A stretch of 64,000 nucleotides of DNA from Camelus ferus (lineage: Eukaryota). The notes under the pieces were generated by a model, which saw only the letters and a list, made by a program, of their open reading frames with translations, was not told the DNA's origin and ran no database searches. Of this stretch, positions 1 to 13,095 are shown piece after piece. Position numbers and translations under genes: made by a program. How positions within the stretch are numbered: position 1 is the stretch's first letter; every line of letters begins with the position of its first letter. The stretch is taken from NCBI RefSeq assembly GCF_009834535.1, contig NC_045697.1, positions 64,172,001-64,236,000 on the forward strand, given 5' to 3'.

Positions 1-32
1 AATGGAAACAGATTTTTATTAATCCATACTAG

Positions 33-89
33 GGGCACTTGGAAAATGTACAGAAGTATAGGATATCTAAAAAACCATTTTTTCAACTG
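33..89 (+). pseudogene. Candidate exon (C-type-lectin-like remnant 1)
   Basis: AG at 31-32 and donor GTAATG at 90, followed by a 71-nt intron ending tttttaacag at 160. Reads GHLENVQK... or ...YLKNHFFNW, and the next block starts IG, giving a possible frameshifted W-I-G motif. Confidence 0.35.
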
Positions 90-317
90 GTAATGCTTCA
101 AATTGTAGCCTGCATACAAATTTCTCAGATCATTTGATATTGTTTTTATATTTTTAACAGATTGGAAATATATTGTTAGTCACTTCATGGGAAGACTTTT
201 CACATCTAATCGTTACCCTTTTTGCATATTTTTAAATGTTCTTTTAATAAGATGGCTATTTTTGTTAGTGTTTGAACTCTTTTATTCTGATCAAATTAAT
301 TGAGGTTTCCTTTGGAG

Positions 318-373
318 ACTGTATTGTAGAGTGTTCACTTACAAGCAACTGAATGCATTATTGTATAATTAAG
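318..373 (+). pseudogene. Candidate exon (C-type-lectin-like remnant 1, middle)
   Basis: Acceptor tttcctttggag and donor AAG|GTAGAA. Reads TVL*SVHLQATECIIV*L and ends in phase 2, compatible with the 5940 block. Confidence 0.25.
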
Positions 374-1239
374 GTAGAAAGGACTTAAGTCCTGCAGGAA
401 ATTGTGTTTGTACATAATTGCTGGAATGGCAGAAGTTCACCATCTAGGTTCCAGGAACAATTTTTAGCATCCAGATCTATTGTGCCTCTGCCAAAATCAG
501 AAAAGTTTTCCCTCTCTGCAGAAATTGATGAGTCAAGAATCTGCTGGTTTCAGAACCATTCCACCACCACCATGATCTGTGATACAAAATAGATGTCCTA
601 CACCCTGCCTTTATCTGATCTAAGCCTTGCTGAAATGTATCTAATAGTTATGAATTAAATTATATTCCAAACTCTAGATGCAAAGAAACCCGGGCATGTA
701 CTTTTTACTTTTCTGCTATCTGCTCCTGAGAGATTATAGGAGTGGACATGGAGTGAGCCAATCCCCATATTTGCCACAGTCAACAACTATGCAACAGCCA
801 CACATAAACACATATTCTTCTGCTTATGCTTAAAGTTTTGAGCAACAGTTACAGCAACCACCTGATACTAAATAACCTAACACAAATAATTCCTTGTATG
901 GTCTCACTCCTTTCTCAAAAGAAGACATTCAAACTCTCATCTATCAAATTTATATATCTGAGTGATGTTCAGTCTCCCTTTTAGCTCAGTAAAAATCTGT
1001 CCTCAATTTCTTGTAACCAAACAATAGCACCACTAGTCCATTCAATATAAAATAATACTGTAAAAAGAGAGATGAAAAATTTTAAAAATTAGATAAATTA
1101 TATAAATACATAACTAATGGAAGGACAAAAATATGGGTAGTTCATATGGTGTTTGTTTCTGCAAGTATAAGACCACAGTTTGTATTCATACCTTTTTCTC
1201 TACACATATCCCATGCATTTTTGTCCCCACTCATAATCT

Positions 1240-2330
1240 TAGATGACTTACTATTGCCATTTTGTTAATTGTTGTCTGTTAGTCTTATAGTTCTGTCTGT
1301 TTTTCCTTCTCTTACTGTCTTCATTTGTGTTTTAATTTTTTCATATCATTATGCTTTGATTCCTTTTTCTTCTTCTTTGGAGTAACTATAGGGTGTGTGT
1401 GTGTGTGTGCGTGCGCGCCTTGCAGTTTACTTAAAGTTTAGTTATAACTCTATTTTTAGCTGATAACAACTTAAGCTCAATCACATACAAAACTTTGTTT
1501 AAACTTTTCCCCACCACACTTTATGTTATTCTTGTCACAATTTACATCTATTAATTTTGAATGTCTTTTAACATTTTAATTATAGTTATTTGTAATACTT
1601 TTATCTAATTTTTACTAGGATTAAAAGTTACCTACCACCATTATAATAATACAGTATTCTGTGTTTTTCTATGTATATTTTCCTTTACCAATAAATTTCA
1701 TAATTTTTTACACTACTTAATTACTGTTTAGTGTCCCATCATTTCAGCTTGAAGTGCTCCCTTTAGCATTTTTGTAAGGCAGGTCAGGTGGTAACGAACA
1801 TCCTCTGTTTTTGCTTGTCTAAAAAAAGCTTTATCTATCCCTTATTTCTGAAGGACAGCTTGCCAGGTTAAATATTCTTTGTTGGCAGTTTTTTTTTTCC
1901 CCCTGCACTTCCAATATACCACCCCACTCCCATCTGGTGTGCAATGTTTCTGCTGACAAATCTGCTGATTGTCTTATGGGTGTTCCTTTGCATGTAATAA
2001 GTCACTTCTGTCTCACTGATTTCAAAACTCTCTTTTCCTTTAAATTTTGACAATTTGATTATTATGTGTGTCCATGTGTATTTCTTTGAACTCATCCTAT
2101 TTAATAGCCTGAGGGCTTTTTAGATCTGGTTACCAATTTGCTTTTCAAAATTTAGGATGTTTTCATCATTATTTCTTTGAATAAGCTTTCTGGTACTTTC
2201 TCTCTATGTTCTCCTTCTTGGACCCACATAATGTATTTTTGTACACTTTATGGTATCCCATAAATCCCTTAAGCTTTCTTCACTCTTTTTCATTCTTTTT
2301 TCTTTTGGGGTGATTTGTTCTGTATAAGAT
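1240..2330 (-). mobile_element. Old L1 fragment (ORF1/inter-ORF region)
   Basis: The minus-strand peptide at 1868-2095 (HIIIKLSKFKGKE...) is L1 ORF1-like, and the plus strand is T-rich. Confidence 0.8.
1393..1417. repeat. (GT)n microsatellite
   Basis: Direct observation. Confidence 0.95.
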
Positions 2331-3339
2331 GATAATGTTATGCATGTATGGAAAATTGCAAGGAGTATTTAGAGTTATGAAGACCCTGAAGAAAGTATGG
2401 ATCCTGAAAGAAAATGATCCTAGATATTTCTGCACTTCTTGTGATTTTAGACTCCCATTTTTTTTTCCTTTCAAGCCTGAGATTGATTTAACACTGGTTT
2501 TGAGACACACAGACTTTTGTTTGGTTATTCTTCTATAATACTTTCCATTAGCAACGCTAATAGCCCAAATAGTGGGCATTTTCTAAATATTTTGTGGGGG
2601 CTTGACTCAGCAAAGCCATAGACTTAAATTTTCTTCAGTGATTTCCTAGTAACAAAACCAGGTCTAAAGTAAACACAGGATGGGGAATATTGTGTTTTGT
2701 TATTTTTCTTGTGCTGTATCCTTGAGTCTTCCAGACTTATTTGAGTAAAAGCTTAAGAGAGTACAAAATAGAGCTGAATGAGGTAGGAGTCTAAGCTATG
2801 AAAAATAACAATGAAAGATGTCATTTTTATTCAAGAAATAGGGAGTGTGTAAGGCATATACATTCCTACTCTAAAATCTTTACACCTGACTTCACAGTAT
2901 ACACATTTTCTTATGTAGACTGGTCTTCTCTCCATTTCTGCAGTTTAGTTAAAACTACATGTTCCTATTTCCTCATGTGTTTTTGCTCACTTTGTATTTC
3001 TTGAGCTGTTTTCATATAATTTCCTCTCTGGAATTTTTTTTTTAACTTGGACCACCAAATTGTAAAGATATATGTTTTCACCTGACAGTTACACCAGGGG
3101 TTGACAGTCCAGTTAAGCTGAGAAGAGTGAATCTGTAGCTTGTATTTGTTTTTTAAAATCAAATTAATCCTGGATAAAAGTTAATTATTTGGGGAATTAA
3201 TCCTTGACCACTAGTTTGATACCATCTCCATTTTGGGTAAACTGTTTCACCAGCAAGTCTTTTATTCTCCTAATTAACCATATAAGTTAAGATGACTAAA
3301 TATATAATACTTATAATGGAATAAATTGATCTTCTATAT

Positions 3340-5387
3340 AAAAAAGAAAGAAAAGAATGAAAATATATATCAATTGGAAAGGAAGAAGTAAAACTATCTC
3401 TATTCACTGATGACACAATCCTACATATAGAAAATCTCAAAGAATCCACAAAAAGCTACTAAATCTAATAAACAAATTCTGAAAATTTGCAGCGTTCAAG
3501 ACAACATACAAAAATCAGTTTTTCTATACACCAGAAATGAACAATTTAAAAAGAAGGTTAAGAAAACAATCCCATTTACAATAGCATCCAAAAAAGTAAA
3601 ACTCCTAGAAATAAATTTAACCCAGGAGGTGACAGACTTGTACACTGAAAACTACAAAACATTGCTAAAAATATTTAATAAATGGGAAAAAAATCACCTG
3701 TTCATGGATTGGAAGATTTGCTATTGGTAAAATGTCAGAACTACCCAAAGCAATCTACAGATTCAATACAATCTTTATCAAAACTCCAACAAGATTTTTT
3801 CAAAACCTGATGGAAAAGCTGATCTTCTAATCTATATGGAATTGTAGGGATCTCTAACAGCAAAAACAATATTGAAGAAGAAGAACAAAGGTAGAAGACT
3901 CACATTTCCTGATTTCAAAACTTAATACAAAACTACAGTAACCAAAACAGTGTGGTATTGTCATAAGGACACATATATATAGATCAATGGAATAGCATTG
4001 GAAGTCCAACAATAACTTCATATATGCTTGGCAAATTAATTTTTGACAAGAATGCAACTGAATGGGAAAAGAATAGTCTCTTCAATGGATATGGCTGGGA
4101 CAACTGAATGTCCATATGCAAAAGAATGAAGTTGGATTCCTACTTCACACCATACAGAAAAAGTAACTCAAAATGAATCAATGACCTAAATATAAGAGCT
4201 AAAACTATAAAACCCTAAGAAGAAAACAAAGTAAATCTTCATGATCTTGGATTTAGCAATGAATTCTTAGATATGATACCAAATGAACTAGCAGTAAAAG
4301 GAAAAATTGATAAATTAGGCTTCATAAAACTTAAAATCCTTTGTGTATCAAAAATATTAATAAAATGAAAAGACAACTTAGAAAATGGGAGAAAATATTT
4401 GCATATCATATATCTGATAAGGTTTAGTATCCAAAATATATTAATAAAACACAACTCAATAACAAAGAGAAAATGACCCAATTAAAAAAAAATGAGCAAA
4501 TGTGGCCTTGAATAGATATTTCTTGAAAAAAGATACACAAATGGCCAAAAAAGCACATCAAAAGATTTTCAACATTATTAGTCACTAAGGAAATGCAAGT
4601 GAATGTGCTAATGAGATACCACATCACACTGAGTAAGATAGCTTTTTTTAAAAGAGGGAAATAGCAAGTGTTGGTGAGAGTAAGAAGTTGGAATCTTCAT
4701 AAATTGCTGGTGGGAACATAAAATGGTTTAGTAACCATGTGAAACAATTTGATAGCTCCTCAAGAAGTTAAACATAAAATTACAGTATGACCCCGCCCAA
4801 TTTCACTCCTATGTATGCAACCCCAAATAATTAAAAACAGGTATTCAAACAAGTATATGTAAATGAGTATGCACAGAAGCATTATTAACAATAGTCAGTG
4901 TGGGAGCAACCCAAGTTCATTAAAGTGTTCATTAGCTGATGAACAGATAAAGAAAATATAATACAATAGAATATTAATCAGGAACAGATAAAGAAAATAT
5001 AATTCAATAGAATATTAATCAGGAATAAAGTTTTGATATGTGCTACAACAGGGATGTGTCTTGAAAACACTGTATTAAGTGAAATGAGCCAGACAGCAAA
5101 AAACATATATTGTATGACTTCACTTGTATGAAATATGTAGAATGGATAAATTCATAGAGACAAAAAGCAAATTATATTCTACCAGGGGATTGGAGAAGAG
5201 GGAAAATTGTGAGTGTTGGCTTAAAGTGTACAGAGTTTCTATATGGGGACATAAAAAGTTTTAGAAATAGTGGTGATGATTGCATTCTGAAGGTAATTAA
5301 TGCCACTGAAGTGTACACTTGAAAATGGTTAGTATGGCAAAATTTAAATTTAATTAATTAATTAATTAATTAAAAACAAATAAAAAA
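3340..5387 (+). mobile_element. 5'-truncated L1 (L1MB-like): ORF2 3' part, 3'UTR and A-tail
   Basis: Starts at the ORF2 motif ggaaaggaagaagtaaaactatctctattc and has an L1MB-type 3'UTR. Contains a 41-bp tandem duplication at 4941-5022. Confidence 0.9.
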
Positions 5388-5939
5388 TTTATCCAAATGT
5401 ATGCTTACTGTAGACATCGGGTAATAAAGCTCTATTTGTAACTTGTTGAGAAGGTCATGGAATTCTGATAACTTCTACTGGGAAAAACAAATCAAACTTT
5501 GGAAATCTGCTGATATGGAGAAAAACATAAAGGCATATCTATCTAAATAACATCCTATCACTGCTTTTTAAAGAAGACTTAAGATTCATGAGTATGCTTG
5601 TATTAAGTAATTGTGTGTAATTTTGCTAAAAATTACACAAAGAAGCTCATCATAAATTTCCCAATCTTATTATCCAAAATTAGTTTTCATATAAGATTCT
5701 TAGCACCAGTATTAAAGAGATAATTTAAGATGTTGAAATTCCATTTCTGTGACTTTGTTCTACTATGCCAAAACTGGAACACTCATCAACTTTAATGTAA
5801 ATTTTAAAACAAGTTTTGAGCAAAAAACTTTAAAAATCATTTTTTGGTATCACAGAAATTTCAGTTTTCTGAACTTGTCTTGGTCTAAAGATCAGAACAT
5901 GGAAATGTAAATTTTCTTTCTTTAAGCTCTCTACCACAG

Positions 5940-6536
5940 TGGCAATAAAGTGTCAGCGACAGAGTTAGTGTATTCCTTATGCCAAACTCGTTCTATTTTG
6001 CCAGCCACGAGGTCCATCAAAACCTCAATTTCAATAGACATTTCATACTAGGTAACAGCACTTGGTAATGTAACTGCTTCATTAGTATATGGTATGATGT
6101 CATAGAATTCTGTTCCATCTGCTAATGATAAGTTGATTTTCACTAGTGTCAAACCAGCCAGATCAAATCAGAAAAGGCAATCACAGATTTCTCCTTTCTT
6201 TGAAGTTGAGTGACTACAAACATTTCTCACACCTTTGTATGGTCCCCCCGTTATGCAGAAAGTTTCAATAGGTGCATATAAGACCACTGTAGCGGAGAGG
6301 GGAGCATGCAGCTAGAAGAGTAAGCTCTCGGCTGAATACACTGAATCAAAGCTCAGTTAAGTCCTCTCTGCCACTGCCATGTCTGGGAAAGCTACCACTC
6401 CAAGAACTACTTATGCAAAAGACTTTCTATCACCATTTCAACCAGAGCTGTGATCTAGAAAAATGATACCATCGCTGTAGTAAGCTGCAGGATGTTCTAG
6501 ACTCAAACTATTTCATCACTACTGTGATCAAAGCTG
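5940..6536 (+). pseudogene. Candidate large exon: end of lectin-like domain, S/T/P-rich stalk, start of next lectin-like domain
   Basis: Polypyrimidine tract plus CAG acceptor and donor CTG|GTAAAG. 597 bp, phase 2 to 2. Reads GNKVSATELVYSLCQTRSILPATRSIKTSIS...SATAMSGKATTPRTT...HHYCDQS with 8 stops. More GC-rich than its flanks. Confidence 0.55.
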
Positions 6537-7432
6537 GTAAAGTAAATATTTTGCTCAGTTCTCACATAGCTCAGTTCTGAGTTGGTAGAACTGTTGCAGA
6601 ACTTGAACTTAAAGGAGATTAGATAGGATACTGAACAAATTAATCATATTACCCACTACATAAGAAAAGCACAAATTTTGCATTTGTTTCCCATTTCCTT
6701 AACAAAATATAAGCCTGACTGATTTTGATAAAAGAAATTCTACTGAGTCAAGGATCACGCCTGATCAGTCTGAATTTGAAACTGAAGGTCAACACGAATT
6801 ATGCACACCACAAGTACTGACGAGCAGGGTTAACAATTAAGAGATGCAAAATTTCTTCCTTAAGTGGGTAGCACATAAGAGGTTCTCTTTTGTTTCTTTG
6901 TTTCATTGATTTTAAAACTGACCCTAACCATTTGGACATATTAAATCCTATCTTAGGTATTCAACTCAATTTAGAAACCTGAACACTATTCTATGATTAG
7001 ATATCTAAGCCCTGATTATCTATAGTTTACAAGTATCCTGTGCAAATTCCTACTGCTGCTCAGGGAAAAAATTTATGAAAGTTTAAGTTCAAACACATTA
7101 TCTTTATTTCCTATTAATCTGCCTTCCTACACATAACTCTAAAAAAAATTCTGATCTGCGCAATGCATTAACTCCACAGTTTTATCACCCCCACTTCTCT
7201 GTCAAGCAGTCTGAATCATTCATAGTCATTTTTCTTACTATTGGTTTAAGATGATATAGAGATAATTTGAACAGCTGTAATATTTTCTTACACAGATAAT
7301 AAGAACCACTGAAATTCAATAGCATCAGAAAAAACTGTCTTAAGCTTCATTAATAGATGCAGTTGTATCATCACTTCTGTTGATGTATGTTAAATGTGTT
7401 TTGAAGGAATAATGTTCTGATGTATTTTTGGT

Positions 7433-7454
7433 TGTGTGTGAGTGTGCGTACATG

Positions 7455-7484
<30 letters not shown>
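7433..7484. repeat. (TG)n microsatellite
   Basis: Direct observation. It ends about 30 bp upstream of the candidate acceptor at 7513. Confidence 0.95.
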
Positions 7485-7488
<4 letters not shown>

Positions 7489-7513
7489 AAAATAAAAACA
7501 TTTCATATTTCAG

Positions 7514-7592
7514 GGTGGCTATCCGAGGATCAATCCTGTATTTTTTTAAAATACCAAAGGCCTTTGCACTTTTATTTTTCTTTCTACATAAG
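7514..7592 (+). pseudogene. Candidate exon (C-type-lectin-like N-terminal strand)
   Basis: Acceptor tttcatatttcag. Joined to the previous block it gives CDQS-W-VAIRGSILYFFKIPKAF, resembling the CTL motif C-x3-W-x2-F-x-G-S-C-Y-x-F. The donor (gtttag) is weak. Confidence 0.5.
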
Positions 7593-8668
7593 GTTTAGAA
7601 AACTTGATGAATTAGTTATTACTAAATTCTGTGTCGTCACAAATTTTTGTTACTATTAGCTTTAGCCATTGACCCTTATATAATGCTATGTTTACATTTT
7701 CAAGAAATATAGTTATAATTTTATTTTACCATTTTAAACTTTCAAGCAGGAATGATAAAACTATGTAAAAAGTAAAACAAAACACCTTGTTATGGTGTTC
7801 TTGCCATTGAAATTTCAACTGCAATATAGACAGTATTTATTTTAAAATAGTTTCCTACAAGATGGCTCAAAGGACTATCCTGATAATATAATAATGCATT
7901 CATGTTTCTTTATCTGAACTTTATCTACTAAAAATTCAATTTAAACACAGGGAAAGTAAGAGAAGAGAAGGGTGAGGATCAAGAGAATGGAAAACTGAGA
8001 AAAATATGATAGTAAATCAAAGAATTTTTCAGGCAAAGTCACATTAATATGGAAAATGAAAGCGACAATGATATTTAAAGGAAACTGCAAATGCAGATAA
8101 CATGCATATGAAACTACTTATGATTCTTTTGTTTCTCAAATCCTTAAGTAAAATTTTATGGAAGATCAAATGAGAAAAGCATTATCTTTTTTATCAAACT
8201 GAGTATCTTCTGTGTTTAAACTGTCTCATTTATTCAGTCTTCATCTATAGTAAAATTCTAAGTGTAATATTTGCCATAGAATCTATAACTATCCTTTTAA
8301 AAGTAAAAGTATTTTCCATATCATGATAGAACAAAATATGTCAGATTAAAGAGAAAATTTCACAGCATTATAACTACCATAAGATATACAGAACTTGAAC
8401 ATAATAGAAAATCAGTATAGAAATCAAGAAATTCAGGCTTTGGTTGGATCCTTGTGAACTGGAAATTCCAAAAAGTCTTAAATTTAAATGTTCTTCCTTA
8501 GTTGGTAAGCATATACATAATAAATTATGTTTATACAGGAAAGAAGTTGGAGACATAGGGAAGGAAAGGTAAGGTGAGATAGATCATCATTTCATGGACC
8601 TCAGAATGAGATTGTTAGGGATTATTTTTTTGTTTATTTGGTTGGTTGGTTGGTTGGACTTTTGTTAG

Positions 8669-8733
8669 CGTGGCTCTGCCTTATCATGAAGTGCTCACTA
8701 TTAGATATACTGCTTGCAGTATGATACTAGCAG
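8669..8733 (+). pseudogene. Weak candidate exon
   Basis: Acceptor tttgttag and donor CAG|GTAATT. Phase 0 to 2 bridges the flanking candidates, but it has two stops and abuts an old L1 fragment. Confidence 0.2.
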
Positions 8734-8759
8734 GTAATTGTAATCTCTCCTTAGTTCTG

Positions 8760-9765
8760 ATGAAAAGAGAAAAAGACAGAAAAGTTGATTTCTGATGGAT
8801 AAAAGACATAAAAGTAGAAGTAAAAACTACAAATAGAAGAAAATTTAGGAGAATGTCTTTGTGACCTAGGGTGGAGAAGAATTTCAAAAATTAAATTTCA
8901 GAAACAAATTGCAAGGTGATAAAAACATAATGTTACATCAAAATTAAGGCTTTATATTCAACACAGTATACCATGGACAAATTTACCGTGTAAGTGATCA
9001 ATATGGGATGAAATTTGCAAAGTCCAAAACTGAAAATGGATTAATATGGAGAATATATGTGTTGCTTCTCCAAATTAATGAGAAAATAACTGTCAGAAAA
9101 ATTGGCAAAGGCTATGAACAGTTAATATAAGAAAGGGATATTGTGAAGGCTAACATGACTATTCAATCAATGGTCAAGTTCATTGGCAAACTAAATCTAT
9201 GAGGAAATACTACTTCATGTGTATTACATGGATACAAGTTAGAAAGCTGGATAATACCAAGTTTTGGTGAAATTATGGGTGGGAATATAAGTCTTATGTG
9301 CTGCTACCAGGAGTATAGATTGGGACAATCATTTTCGAGAGCTATGTGACATTCCTGACACAAATTAAGTATCCACATACCTTATGACACAAGAACTCTA
9401 CTCTCGGGTATAGAATCTAAGAAATGATCACATAGGACCAAAAAGGGCACATACTAGGATGCTTATTTTGTCACTGTGGTGGAAATACAATAAATCACTG
9501 TGGCCATCTTTGGAAGGGAGGTGAAGTAAACAGTGAGGGGTGGAAAATTTTGAAGTCTTGGATAGATGTACACGTATCTTTATGTATGAATCCTAAAATC
9601 ATCCTGTTCAAGGAAAGAAGCAAAAAGCAATGAAATACATAATCAATTCTGTTTACATAATTAAAAATGCATTTGTACCAAACAAAACTATTTGGTTTAT
9701 ATGAACATGTATGATAAATATCATTTGGCAACATATTAAATTAGATAGAGTTATCTATTGGGGTG
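8760..9765 (+). mobile_element. Ancient L1 (L1ME-like) 3' fragment
   Basis: Degenerate L1 3' motifs such as agaagaaaatttaggagaatgtctttgtgacctaggg and ataccaagttttggtga. Confidence 0.7.
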
Positions 9766-10597
9766 AGTCCTCAAACACATTTGTATCAGCTGAATTAATG
9801 TTCACAGCTCCCAATCCAATTTAAAGTTCCTGTCTCCTTGTTAATTAGTAAATATAAAGATCTGTTTCTATTAGCAGCATATTATCTGTGCCATTGACCT
9901 CATCTTGTAATTTCTTTACATAAATAATTTTTATTGTATATTGGACATTGTGGAAGATAGTGTAGAGACTGTAGATTTTGTTATCCTCCTCTAGAAAGTA
10001 TTAGTTTATGTTGTAAGAGGCAGTTAACTTCCCTGGGCTCATTCTAAACTCTGCCTTCCCATGTGGTAAGCAATAGCTGAAATCTCCACTAATTTTTTTC
10101 AACCTTTCAGCAAATGTTATCAACAGGCCCTCAGTGAAAAACTTCATATTAAATGCCTTATTTATAATTCAGCCAAATATTTGGATGGAATTTATACCAG
10201 ATATTTTAGGTCACCTTTTCTGTAGCTCTGTCCTTTTTGGTACATTCTCTCTCACATTTCACCTACCTAGGCAATCCAAATCTCTATCCCAATCTGACTC
10301 CCCAAATCAATTCTCTGGCTTTTTTCTTAAGTTCAAGCTATGCTGAGCCATGAGAACTAAGGAATTTCTCATGCAAAAAGCCACATAAATGCAAATCTCA
10401 CTTGGTTCAAATATCTTCTTCTAAAGGGTCACTTCCAGTTGGCTCACCTTCACTTCTGCCTGTTTGTTCACCCTCCAGTGACTTGAACTTTTTTTTAGAG
10501 TATATTATCAAGATTTTATATTTGTTATCTACGGAAAGGTCATTTCAACACAAACGACTCTGCCATTACTGGCACACATAAAATAATAAATCAGTTT

Positions 10598-10682
10598 GTA
10601 TATACATATATACACACAAACATACACACATATATATATGCATATATACACACACACACACATACACACACATATACATATG
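10598..10682. repeat. Compound (TA)/(CA) microsatellite
   Basis: Direct observation. Confidence 0.9.
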
Positions 10683-12642
10683 TGAACAAATATTTTAAGA
10701 AAATATTAAAAAGTATTTCCTGTTCAGGGATCTATTTATTATAACTTCAGAGTTTTTACATCATGAGAAATTCATTTTGATAACTTTTAATACTGTAAGT
10801 TAAAAAGGCAAATATCAAGATAGATTGTTCAATTATATTGGTAAAATCTGCACCAAACTTCTTAACATGGCAAAGGCCCTTATAATATGGATAATCATAT
10901 TTCTAACCTCAACATCCTAACTTCAAATGAAGTTTTATACTCCACACTGTAGCCACATAAACTACATGGTTTTGTGTATCCCCATAGGTACCAAACTTGT
11001 TACTCCTTAAAGGCACCATAATTTCTCTAATTAATCCCACCATCTACACATACAGTTCATTCTGCTATTTCCCAGTAATAGTCAAAGAAATAATTGTAAT
11101 TACTCCTTACCTCCTTATCCTACTTACATTGTTCTTAAGGATTCTCCTTAGATTTCACATCTTATGGAAGCCTCTTCTAATATTTTAAGACAATATTCAT
11201 TTTTGCAAATTATTCTCTTTTCATTTGTCAAGTTAGCACACATTACACATTATTGTAATTTTTTTCCCAAGATGGTAGAGAAATTCAAGAAGTATTTCTT
11301 GTTCACTAACTTCGTCTCAGTAATCTGTATAAAAGTTTCATGAACATTTATTGAAAGAATGAATAAACAGATAGAGGAATAGATGAATGATGAATTAATG
11401 ACACTTTATATCTCCCTGAAAGAAACCCCTTCAGAAAGACAGGTTATGTGGAGACTGTAGAGGAAGTGGAATCAGTTAGGGGTTATCAAAAATCCCTCAA
11501 ATTATGCTTCATAGATAGGCATTTCCTAAATTTATGCATAGATCTTACTCTGGTTGGAAATACAGTACAGAAAAGGAAATAACAATGTAATACTAATTAT
11601 AAGAGGCACTGAATTAATTATTTGATTTAATAATTTAAATCCTTTTAAGCAACACTAATTCAATGGGAATATAAAGCCTCAAATAGTGACTTATAAGTCC
11701 AGAAATCTATAATTATTAAAAAGGTGATCTGTATCTCGCTAAGGTTTCTGAGCCATTATTTCATTAATTCTTTCAGTATAAAAGGGACTTGAATCTGAGG
11801 AACTAAAGATAAGGGAACTTTGAAGAACAAAAGGAAGGGATAGACAATAGATTAACCCTCCTGTGAATGAATTAGATGATTTCTTTCAAAGTAAAATTAT
11901 GTCAACCACAATTTATAATTTGAACTGGCTTTCAAAAGAGTTTAATAACAGCACAGAAATAATGCTAGAATTGAGTTAATACAGAATAAATGGTGTTGCC
12001 TGACGTACGTGGCTCTGAAATTGATCTATTCAAGAAAAATTATAGTAAATATATATAATACACGCAGTTTTTTTCACATAAAATTCTATTTTATAATAGA
12101 ATTAAAAATTACAAATCTAATTAAAACTGATTTTATAAGGACCATTCTAAATACTTTCTCTGAGCTTAGAGATAAGGTGGAGGCCAAGAGTGACAAAAAT
12201 CAAATGTCCAAACTTTTAAATGTTTATTAAAGTTTAAGCCTACTCTTTTGTAGCTACATCCACATTGGATTCTTGCTTACTTTTATGCTTGACTAAATCA
12301 TCTTAACATAATTATCAATTTTTAATAAACTGAAGTATTCTAAATATTGTAAGTAATAGATATTGTCTAATTTGACAGTACAGAAAAATCTTTATTAAAT
12401 TAATTACAAGGAAATTCTGATATTTTGAATAAATACATTAAATAGTACTATAATAATTTCTAGGAAGGAATCAAAGTTCAATTCAGCTAGTGCTGCAGCA
12501 GCCAAGGCCCAGCGCCACAGCTATTTCAGGGACCATCTCCATCCACCAGCCACAAAACTGCCACTAAAGGAAGGCACACACAGAAGGACCCCACATAAGG
12601 GACACCCTTCAAGTGCCTGGCTCAGGTGGTCAGGTGGGATAA

Positions 12643-13095
12643 TGTGAAGGAAAAGCTGGGCTGGTCTAACAAGATAACTCACAGGTCTAGGAATGTGAAG
12701 GAGAGGCTGGGCTGGGCTAACAAGTCTAAGTATTGGAATACTGATCTGAGTTCTGCTGGATTAACTTGTAAATCTAAGTTAATTAGTGTTGGTTTGCTGT
12801 TTATGTTTTTTTGCTAGCCAACTAGATTTTCAAAGATACATATCTGGCTTTGGAATGTTGGATTGCTGCTTCCCCGCCTCCACTTTTGTGATGATAATGC
12901 TGCTAAAGTTGTTCCATGTCTATTGGCCGAATATCCCAAGCTTGTACTTTACCCTATAAAACCTCATGCACACATCTTGGAGGTGCTCAGAGCTTCGGAG
13001 CAGAAGCCCCTCTGAGCCCGCCGGCGTAATACATCTGAGTACTCCAACCCTCCGAGTGGTGCTTGTTTCTTGACTGGCCTATCGTTTCCGTAACA
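12643..13095 (+). mobile_element. ERV solo LTR (ERV1-like)
   Basis: TGT...ACA termini, 4-bp TSD ataa/atag, TATA box (ccctataaaa) at ~12952, polyA-like aataca at ~13028, and retained CpGs. Confidence 0.85.

Noticed and set aside
4941..5022. 41-bp direct repeat as an array or CRISPR-like structure
   Set aside because: It is two adjacent copies without a spacer inside an L1 3' region, which is an ordinary slippage duplication.
5614..5639. 11-bp inverted repeat tgtgtaatttt/aaaattacaca
   Set aside because: A short AT-rich hairpin with no TSD or family match is plausible by chance in 64 kb.
5940..6536. Identification as EYS, ADGRG4, KIAA1549, PKD1L1 or PKD1L3
   Set aside because: These share S/T-rich regions, but I saw no convincing residue-level match to the sequences as I recall them, so no gene symbol is assigned.
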